Shown here: positions 8,622 to 15,681 of the stretch, piece after piece | How positions within the stretch are numbered: the first letter of the stretch is position 1 | Layout of the letters: each line of letters begins with the position of its first letter | DNA from: a virus | Lineage: Duplodnaviria; Caudoviricetes | Virus record (IMG/VR): IMGVR_UViG_3300049982_000075 | Location: 1 to 61,798 of that record | Length of the DNA: 61,798 bases | Reading direction: 5' to 3' (one strand) | Notes under the pieces: generated by a model | What the model was told of the DNA's origin: nothing | Seen by the model: the letters and a program-made list of their open reading frames with translations, nothing else | Database searches by the model: none | Program-made: the position numbers and the translations under genes

Positions 8622-9498
8622 GTTCACCACCAAGGACAGCGGCGAGCACGCTCAGTACGACAGCGGAATGCGCCGCGACACCGAGGCTGGCAAGCCGCGC
8701 TTCGACCTGATCCGGACCAAGCTCCAGCCGTACGAGGAGCAGATGATCTACCGGTACGCCATGCTGCTCGCCCGGGGCGCCGAGAAGTACGACGCCCGCA
8801 ACTGGGAGGACGGCGACTCCGAAGTCGAGCTGGATCGGGCCAAGAGCTCGCTGCTGCGCCACACCGAGCAACTCGTGGCCGGAGAGGACGACGAAGACCA
8901 CGCGGCCGCCGTCTGGTTCAACACCCAGGCGATTGAGTACTTCCGCTGGCGGATCGCCCAGAAGACCGAGCGCATCGACGGTATCCGCCAGGAGCTCTAC
9001 TTCCCCGTGCTGGAGTGCCACATGGAGAACGTGGACCCGGAGGTGATCGCGACGATCACCGGCCTGGCGACGGCGAGCCCCTGGGTCTCACACGGCATCA
9101 TGGGCCTGGCCCCAGCCGTCTCGGCCAAGGAGCGGGACGACGAGGACGGCTTCACGATCGCTCGCGAACAGCACCGAGCCCTACTGGACGACTGGCACGG
9201 TCAGGACGACCAGGGCACGGTCCAGCTGCGCGTCACCGGTGAGGTGCAGTCCGTCTCGGCCACGATCGACGGCACCGAGAAGCGTCGGGTCGACGACTGG
9301 CTCCAGGAGTTCAACATGGACCTGGTCGCCGGCGACCTGGGCGACCCGCACGTTCTGATCTCCCGCGAGGAGTTCTCGGACCGCGTCAAGAACACGGACG
9401 GAGTCCGCTGGCGGGCGAAGGGCGATAACGCGACGACTCTTTCCAAGCTCCGCGCCGCCTCAAAATCAGGGGTTGCCCAGACGGTCTCGGTCCGCTAG
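8614..9498 (+). CDS. dATP/dGTP diphosphohydrolase-domain (DUF5664-like) protein with C-terminal extension
   Basis: TKDSG...SGMRRD...GKPRFDLI...GAEKYDARNWE...SLLRH...EDHAAAV. Confidence 0.8.
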   Translation: MSEFTTKDSGEHAQYDSGMRRDTEAGKPRFDLIRTKLQPYEEQMIYRYAMLLARGAEKYDARNWEDGDSEVELDRAKSSLLRHTEQLVAGEDDEDHAAAVWFNTQAIEYFRWRIAQKTERIDGIRQELYFPVLECHMENVDPEVIATITGLATASPWVSHGIMGLAPAVSAKERDDEDGFTIAREQHRALLDDWHGQDDQGTVQLRVTGEVQSVSATIDGTEKRRVDDWLQEFNMDLVAGDLGDPHVLISREEFSDRVKNTDGVRWRAKGDNATTLSKLRAASKSGVAQTVSVR

Positions 9499-9587
9499 TC
9501 TTGACCTTGTCACCCCGGTGATCAGGAATGGACACCGGGTAACCTGCCAGGAATTGTCAGGTAATCAACACCCCCAGGAGGGTAACA

Positions 9588-10217
9588 GTGACGGACAACA
9601 GCAACAACAGCGGTGGCTTCTTCGACGACGCGATGCGTGAGGGTGCTCCCTCAGCACTGCTGAAGAACCCGAAGGACTTCGTGATGGGCGAGATCATCGC
9701 CATCAACAAGGTCGCGAAGACCAAGTTCGGCTCCAACGACCCGGAGCTCGAAGAGGACGGCGTCACTCCCAAGATGCAGCTGGTGGTCATCCTCCAGACC
9801 GCGTCGCGGAACTGGGACAAGGTCGCCAAGGCTCCGCAGGGCGAGGACGGCTCCCCCAAGGACCCGTCGCTCGACGAGGGCAAGCGCGCCGTCTACTTCC
9901 CGAAGTACACCAACATCTTCGGCGCGATGGGCAAGGGCCTCAAGGCGGCCGGTGTCGCGGACATCGAGCTCGGCGGCACGCTCGGCGTCAAGGTGACCGA
10001 GCTGCAGGACACCGGCAAGGGCAACCCGCTCAAGATCCACGAGGTCGTCTACAAGGCGCCGGTGGCGAAGGACGAGTCGGACGGCTTCTTCTCGGACCAG
10101 GCGGGTGACGCGACGGAGACCCCGGCCGCCGAGCCCAAGGCCGAGGCGAAGCAGGACAAGCCTGCCGCGAAGCCGGAGCCGGCCAAGGCGGCCGAGGTCG
10201 AAGAGCCGCCGTTCTGA
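9588..10217 (+). CDS. Single-stranded DNA-binding protein (phage type)
   Basis: OB-like core, acidic/Pro tail ending EEPPF; promoter-like TTGCCC-N18-TAGTCT upstream. Confidence 0.65.
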   Translation: MTDNSNNSGGFFDDAMREGAPSALLKNPKDFVMGEIIAINKVAKTKFGSNDPELEEDGVTPKMQLVVILQTASRNWDKVAKAPQGEDGSPKDPSLDEGKRAVYFPKYTNIFGAMGKGLKAAGVADIELGGTLGVKVTELQDTGKGNPLKIHEVVYKAPVAKDESDGFFSDQAGDATETPAAEPKAEAKQDKPAAKPEPAKAAEVEEPPF

Positions 10218-10241
10218 TCCTCCGCTGAAGCGGAGCGTAGA

Positions 10242-10275
10242 GAGCCCCTGCCCCACCACCTCGGGGCAGGGGCTC
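10242..10275 (+). terminator. Hairpin/terminator
   Basis: GAGCCCCTGCCCC/GGGGCAGGGGCTC. Confidence 0.65.
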
Positions 10276-10298
10276 GCCCCTTTGAGAGGAGAACTGAG

Positions 10299-10793
10299 TT
10301 GACCACCAAATCCGAAATCCTGCACGAGGTCCGTGACGCGATGGTCGCCGCTGAGCGCAAGCATGGTGACCAGATGGATGTCCCGCTGGGATGCCACAAG
10401 AGCTACGCCCCCGCCGCCGAGGCCGCCAAGCGATCGACCGACAACGCCTTCCTGTTTGGTACCGGCACCTGGATGCACATCGCGTACGAAGAGGCGATGG
10501 AGTGCTTCGCTGAGGAGGATCTGGAGAAGATCCGCGCCGAGGCACTGCAGGCCGCTGCCATGTTCGCCCAGATCGCCCGCGTGTGCGACCACCTGAAGGA
10601 GAAGGAGGCGCCGCTGAAGGCCACCGACCGCGTCTACTCGCCGGACTACGGATGGGGAACCGTCCGCAACGTTGTGCCGAACGGCGAGATTGCCTGGATT
10701 CTCTGGGACGGCGAAAACGGAATCCTCGCCTCCAAGAAGCTCGGCACGATGTACAGCCTGAGCTGGGCTCGCCGGCTGGACCGTGCGAAGTGA
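10299..10793 (+). CDS. MazG-like nucleotide pyrophosphohydrolase with C-terminal SH3-like domain
   Basis: ERKHGDQ...TWMHIAYEEAMEC...RAEALQAAAM helical EExxE...E pattern. Confidence 0.6.
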   Translation: MTTKSEILHEVRDAMVAAERKHGDQMDVPLGCHKSYAPAAEAAKRSTDNAFLFGTGTWMHIAYEEAMECFAEEDLEKIRAEALQAAAMFAQIARVCDHLKEKEAPLKATDRVYSPDYGWGTVRNVVPNGEIAWILWDGENGILASKKLGTMYSLSWARRLDRAK

Positions 10794-11092
10794 ACATCAT
10801 CCTGGCGCTCAGTGAGAGTCATGGACGTTGGGCTCGCTACGAACTAGCCCAACAGGGAGTAGAGATCCTGGCGCGTGATGTTTACACCATGCAAGGTGCT
10901 AGATTCGAAGGGATGAGGCCGGAGGCGATCTACATTTACGCCCCCATCTCCCCCGGAGAAGGGGCCTACATGATCGAGATGTTTCGCCGAACGATGGCCT
11001 GGGTGCGACACGCTGGACACAAGAATCCAGGCATGAAGGTCTTCAAGATGGACACCAAGGGGAACGTCAGTGAGTGGCCCGAAGCCCTGTAA
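10790..11092 (+). CDS. Hypothetical protein
   Basis: GTGA coupling. Confidence 0.55.
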   Translation: MNIILALSESHGRWARYELAQQGVEILARDVYTMQGARFEGMRPEAIYIYAPISPGEGAYMIEMFRRTMAWVRHAGHKNPGMKVFKMDTKGNVSEWPEAL

Positions 11093-11960
11093 GACGCTGG
11101 GGTGCGGCGGCAAGAAGGACCTCCCCTCGCACTTCTGCTACTGGCACCGGGTCGACCGGCTGTTCATCGACGACCAGATCGCCGAGGCGATCGACCGCCG
11201 GAAGCTGAGCCTGAAGACCCACGAGGTCCGGGCCAGCATGCCGAGCTCGCTCTGGCCGGATGGGCGACGGTTCTGCTCAGGCTGCCAGTTCATGGTGCCG
11301 ATCTGGTACACCCAAGGCTCGCGCTGCAAGGCCTGCACCAGCCACGCTAACTACGCCCGGCACATCGCCGAGACGTACAAGATCTCGTACGACTTCTACC
11401 TGGCGCTGTACCAGTTCCAGGGCGGCCGCTGCTACATCTGCCGGAAGGCTCCCAAGACTCGGCGCCTGGCCGTGGACCACGACCACGAGACCGACGAGGT
11501 GCGTGGCCTGCTCTGCTCCGGTGAGCGCTCCTGTAACCACGACGTGCTCGGCAACATCAAGAGCATCGACGCGGCCCGCCGGATCGTGCTCTATCTCGAG
11601 GACCCGCCCGCTCGCGCGATGAAGGAAGGCCGAGCCCTGCCGGAGGCGGTGGCGACGGCCAGCGGCGCCGTAATGGCCGGCCGGTCACGCACTATCCAGC
11701 CTAATGGCGGCTCTGGTAGCCATTACGGCACGGTGGAGACGATGGCCAAGATGGTCGAGGAGTCGATCGAGAGTCGAGCTCGGCGGGCCGTGGAGCGCCA
11801 CTACAGCGACGGCGACTTCTGGCGCTTCCCCGAGGGAACTGTCGTGTTCGACATCTTTCACGCCGTACCCGACAAACTCGACCCGAAGGTGTGGTCGAAG
11901 CGTCTGGAGCTAGCTCAGGAGAGACTGGACCGCATCGCTGCCCAGAAGCAGACTGGCTGA
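11070..11960 (+). CDS. Recombination endonuclease VII-family protein
   Basis: QGGRCYIC...LAVDHDH...VRGLLC...CN...LG plus N-terminal Cys clusters. Confidence 0.88.
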   Translation: MSGPKPCKTLGCGGKKDLPSHFCYWHRVDRLFIDDQIAEAIDRRKLSLKTHEVRASMPSSLWPDGRRFCSGCQFMVPIWYTQGSRCKACTSHANYARHIAETYKISYDFYLALYQFQGGRCYICRKAPKTRRLAVDHDHETDEVRGLLCSGERSCNHDVLGNIKSIDAARRIVLYLEDPPARAMKEGRALPEAVATASGAVMAGRSRTIQPNGGSGSHYGTVETMAKMVEESIESRARRAVERHYSDGDFWRFPEGTVVFDIFHAVPDKLDPKVWSKRLELAQERLDRIAAQKQTG

Positions 11961-11980
11961 GCGCCTCCTTGACGAACTCG

Positions 11981-12013
11981 GCCCCCGAGGACCTGGTGGT
12001 CCTCGGGGGCTTT
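11981..12013. terminator. Terminator at convergence of the two arms
   Basis: GCCCCCGAGGACC/GGTCCTCGGGGGC followed by TTT. Confidence 0.75.
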
Positions 12014-12040
12014 CGACGTCTCAGATCGGCGCTGAGAGCT

Positions 12041-12232
12041 TCAGACGTCTCTGCCGTTGCTCTGCATCAACCACGACCCCTTCTTGCTGGGCCGACCCTG
12101 CCGATCAACTCGCTCGGATACGACGTACTTGAACCGGGCTCCGCAGACTCCGCAGACCCAGATCTTCCCGGCCACCTTCCCAGTGAATACCGGCGTTCGA
12201 CAGAAGTGCGCTGACTTATTGAACTTGGCCAT
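12041..12232 (-). CDS. Small Zn-ribbon-like protein, probably leaderless
   Basis: HFC...WVCGVC; TTGACT-N17-TACGGT promoter directly upstream of ATG. Confidence 0.6.
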   Translation of the reverse strand: MAKFNKSAHFCRTPVFTGKVAGKIWVCGVCGARFKYVVSERVDRQGRPSKKGSWLMQSNGRDV

Positions 12233-12300
12233 CTACCCACCGTACAAAAGCGAACACCCCCAGTCAAGACCAGGGGTGTTCAGTATTGCTGAATGGTCGA

Positions 12301-12804
12301 TCAGACTGAACGACTCACGTCGTCCGGCTCGCCAGAGAAGACGGTCGCCGGGTCAGCCGACGGACCCTCGTCCTCGTCCAGATCCTCGTCGGACGGATCG
12401 TAGGGCTCGTACTCGGGGTAGTTGACCTCGATCGCCTGGGGCTCGGTCGGCGAGCCGGCCTTGGGATCCGCCTGGGTGCGCAGGAACAGGCCGAGTCCGG
12501 TCACCAGGATGGAAGTCAGCAGGCCGGTCAGTTCCGGAGTCAGGAAGTCGAGACCGAAGCCGACGCCGATGGCCACGAGAGCCTGGAACGCGGCGACGAT
12601 CGCGGGGAGCAGGTTCTGCTTGACCGCGAAGGCGACGTAGGCGCCGAAGACGGCCGCGCCACCAGCGGTGATGAGGCCGACGGTCTCGGTGCTCAGACCC
12701 GGGACGATCCCGAGGCCGAGGAGCAGGGCCAGGACGGCCGACAGGAACGCGCCGACGAGGGCGGGCTCGCGGCCGAAGAGCTTGACGGAGGTGGTACCTT
12801 CCAC
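12301..12804 (-). CDS. Holin (multi-TM)
   Basis: LFGREPAL N-terminus, four TM helices, directly after the endolysin. Confidence 0.8.
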   Translation of the reverse strand: MEGTTSVKLFGREPALVGAFLSAVLALLLGLGIVPGLSTETVGLITAGGAAVFGAYVAFAVKQNLLPAIVAAFQALVAIGVGFGLDFLTPELTGLLTSILVTGLGLFLRTQADPKAGSPTEPQAIEVNYPEYEPYDPSDEDLDEDEGPSADPATVFSGEPDDVSRSV

Positions 12805-12834
12805 GGTGATTCTCCTTGGAGTCTTTGTTCCCGA

Positions 12835-13689
12835 TCAGGGAACGACGTTGTAGTTGTCGTGGGCCAGCACGGCGCCGGTCTTGGGACCGACGATACCGTC
12901 TGCGGTCAGGCCGTACAAGCCCTGGACCTTCCGGACGATGCCCTTGAACTGGGCGCCGGCCTTCTGCCAGGCTTCCATCTCGGCCTTGACGGTCTTGGCC
13001 TGGTGCGCCTGCTCACAGAACGCCTTCCAGACACGGACGTCACGCTCGAACTGTACCTGGACGACTCCGCCACGGGCGCGGCCGCGACGCAGGTACCAGC
13101 CCAGGAAGATCAGGACCTCACCGAGGGCCTTGGCCTGCCCGGAGTGGAAGTATCCACCGTTCGCGGCGTAGTTCAGCGCGCTGAGGTGGATCGTCGCTCC
13201 GATCGGCCGGTTCGCGACCGGCGGCGGGGTAACCTGGCCACGCAGCTTCTTCGCCACGGCGGTAACGCGCGCCTTCGAGGCGTTGATCTCGAAGTGCATC
13301 TCGTCCTTGCGGCCGTTGTAGTCGCCACCCCAGCGAATGACACCGTCGTACTCCTTGAGCTTGGCCCGGATCTTGGCGGCCTGAGCCTTGCTGAAGGTGT
13401 TGACGACGGCCAGTGGGTGGCGGGTGGCGTTCAGGTCCTCGGCGGTGCCCGACGCATGGTTGCTGAGAGTGGTCGTGGAACCACGGATCGGCCGCTCGGC
13501 GTAGCCCCAGTCGTCGAGCTCGCCGGTGTCGATGATCTCGATGTTGGCGTCGAACCAGGCGGCGAAGTGCACGAGGACGTAGCCAGCGTCGCCAGACTCC
13601 AGGCGAATGGCTCGCGTGGTGCCGGGGATCTTCCAGCTCTTGGTCAGGTTCCTGTCGTTGGCTGGCCAGCCGTTCTGTGAGGTAGCCAC
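12835..13689 (-). CDS. Endolysin, M15-family peptidase with C-terminal peptidoglycan-binding repeat
   Basis: SQNGW, DDWGY-R, SNHASGTAEDLN, WGGDY...DEMHFEI; GLTADGIVGPKT. Confidence 0.92.
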   Translation of the reverse strand: MATSQNGWPANDRNLTKSWKIPGTTRAIRLESGDAGYVLVHFAAWFDANIEIIDTGELDDWGYAERPIRGSTTTLSNHASGTAEDLNATRHPLAVVNTFSKAQAAKIRAKLKEYDGVIRWGGDYNGRKDEMHFEINASKARVTAVAKKLRGQVTPPPVANRPIGATIHLSALNYAANGGYFHSGQAKALGEVLIFLGWYLRRGRARGGVVQVQFERDVRVWKAFCEQAHQAKTVKAEMEAWQKAGAQFKGIVRKVQGLYGLTADGIVGPKTGAVLAHDNYNVVP

Positions 13690-13772
13690 AATGATGTCCT
13701 TCGGTTAGCGGGCTGGGTTGGTCAAACTCCAGCGTAACTCGACGACACGCCGAATGCCTCTCGCTCAGACGG

Positions 13773-14159
13773 TTAGCGCGACTTCAGCTCCTCGAGCCGG
13801 CTATACAGGGTGTCGAGCTCGCCCATCAGCTTCTGGATCTGCCCCTGCATCTCGGAGATCGTCCGATCCTTCTCGGTGATCGTCTCGATCAGACTGGTGT
13901 TGATCGAGTGGACCCGCTGATTCTCCACCTGAAGAGCCTCGATGTTCCGGAGCATGACTGCGTTCACCGTTGCGGCGTCGTTGACCGCAGACGACGTCGC
14001 GGTGACGGACTGACCAACTTCGGCGAGCTCCTGGTCCTTCCGTCGGCCGAGCCAGGAGATGATCTCCCGCAGCACCCAGCCGATCGCAACGAAGATACCG
14101 CTGGCCCCTCCGACGGTCGGAAAGTCCAGCGTGATGAATGGAACTAGTAGGGTCATCAT
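13773..14159 (-). CDS. Membrane-anchored coiled-coil protein (lysis cassette)
   Basis: N-terminal TM plus heptad repeats. Confidence 0.65.
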   Translation of the reverse strand: MMTLLVPFITLDFPTVGGASGIFVAIGWVLREIISWLGRRKDQELAEVGQSVTATSSAVNDAATVNAVMLRNIEALQVENQRVHSINTSLIETITEKDRTISEMQGQIQKLMGELDTLYSRLEELKSR

Positions 14160-14767
14160 CAGGGGGCGTCTCCGTCGCGCTCTTCTTGGAGGATCTGAAC
14201 CGCCACCCTATGGGCCTTCTTGTCCAGGGCGATGACTCGGATCCGAACGATACAGCCCGTCAGCAGTGCCAGGTACGCCCCCGAGGCAAAGGCACCGTTC
14301 AAGCCGTTGATGTAGGTCACAGTTGCTGCATAGGTGAAGAACGCTGAAGCCAGCAGCGCCAGGCCAGAGCTCTCCACGGGGAATCGCTGGAAGTAGCGGC
14401 CGACCAGAGCGATCGTTCCGCCAACGGCGAAGCAGCCTGCCCAGAGGTAGATCAGCCAGAGTGGAAGCGTGGCGACGATGCTGCCAGGGGTGACCTGGAT
14501 ACCGGCGCCGAGCACCCACCAGCCGAGGAATGCGAAGTACGTCACGATCGGCACCTCGAACGGCGCCGTCGCCGACATCACCCAGATCGGATTGGGCTCA
14601 CCACGGTAGGAACGCTTGAACCGAGCAATAGGGTTCATGCGCTTGAACCATCCGCGCTTGTGCGTGTGAGACATCGAAAGGGCCCGATCCGTAGGTGGCT
14701 GGCGAGCTCCGTCACTTCTGAGGAGGTCGTTGTCACCCATGGTACCGGGCCCTCTTGCCTGGAGCAT
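14159..14767 (-). CDS. Multi-TM membrane protein (lysis cassette); start uncertain
   Basis: four or more hydrophobic helices. Confidence 0.65.
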   Translation of the reverse strand: MLQARGPGTMGDNDLLRSDGARQPPTDRALSMSHTHKRGWFKRMNPIARFKRSYRGEPNPIWVMSATAPFEVPIVTYFAFLGWWVLGAGIQVTPGSIVATLPLWLIYLWAGCFAVGGTIALVGRYFQRFPVESSGLALLASAFFTYAATVTYINGLNGAFASGAYLALLTGCIVRIRVIALDKKAHRVAVQILQEERDGDAP

Positions 14768-14798
14768 CCTTACGATCGGATGTTGCTGGATCCGATCG

Positions 14799-15665
14799 TT
14801 ACTGGTGCATCAAGCATTGGATATTGACCCCGGTCCCGAAGCAGTCTGCCCACTGATCGGGAACCGAGTGGCCACCCACGCCGTATACCCCGTCGGCCGG
14901 CGACCAGGCGCTGAACGGCTTGATGACGCGGTTGCGCATGATGTTCGAGAGCTCGGTGTACGTCCCCGCGACGCAGCTGGCCGAGTTGTACCACGCCAGC
15001 GTACTGACCGTGGAGCCCGGCGGAGTCGAAGCCGCCAGGATGGCCGGCGGGTAGGCGTTGTTGTTGTTCTCCTTCCAGTACAGCTTGGAGACGAAGAACC
15101 GCGAGTTGATCAGCTCGGGGCCGAGGTCGGCCGAGGCGCGCATGGCCTTCAAGGCCCGGCCACACGCCGCATGGTCCGGATGGGCGTCGCCTTCCGAGGT
15201 CGTGTAGAGAAACGAGTTCGGATAGCGCGTGTAAACGTCGCGCATGATCGCCTCGGCCATGTCCGCCGCGTCCGGCAGGTTGCCGAAGCTGTCCGGCAGG
15301 CCGGCGGTCTCGTAGGCCACCGCGCCCGGAGTCACGCCCGAGATGGTCGGGATCGTTGCGATCGCACCCAGAGCGCTGACAGACTCCTTCAGGCGAGAGT
15401 CCCGGATCTCGTCGAGCTCGAGCACTGGAGCGCCGTCGTAGAACTCGATGTCAGGGTTGTGGGTGTAGCCATGCACGGGGCAACCCGAGTACGGCGGAGT
15501 CGAGTTGACACCGTTGAGCTTGGCCCGTGCGCCGGTGTTGCCGGAGAGGTTCATGAAGACGACGAGGATGTTCTCGCCGCGCTTCCGCATGTCGGCCATG
15601 TGGAAGCCCATGGTGAGCTGTTCGTCGTCGCAGTGAGGTGCGAAGTAGATCCGCCAGTGTGCCAT
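14799..15665 (-). CDS. PIG-L/LmbE-family N-acetylglucosaminyl deacetylase
   Basis: FAPHCDDEQL, R..E, HPDH motifs. Confidence 0.85.
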   Translation of the reverse strand: MAHWRIYFAPHCDDEQLTMGFHMADMRKRGENILVVFMNLSGNTGARAKLNGVNSTPPYSGCPVHGYTHNPDIEFYDGAPVLELDEIRDSRLKESVSALGAIATIPTISGVTPGAVAYETAGLPDSFGNLPDAADMAEAIMRDVYTRYPNSFLYTTSEGDAHPDHAACGRALKAMRASADLGPELINSRFFVSKLYWKENNNNAYPPAILAASTPPGSTVSTLAWYNSASCVAGTYTELSNIMRNRVIKPFSAWSPADGVYGVGGHSVPDQWADCFGTGVNIQCLMHQ

Positions 15666-15681
15666 CAGGCCAGTATAACGG

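Noticed and set aside
8614-9498. Evidence for a Z-base (2-aminoadenine) genome
   Set aside because: No PurZ or dedicated DNA polymerase found
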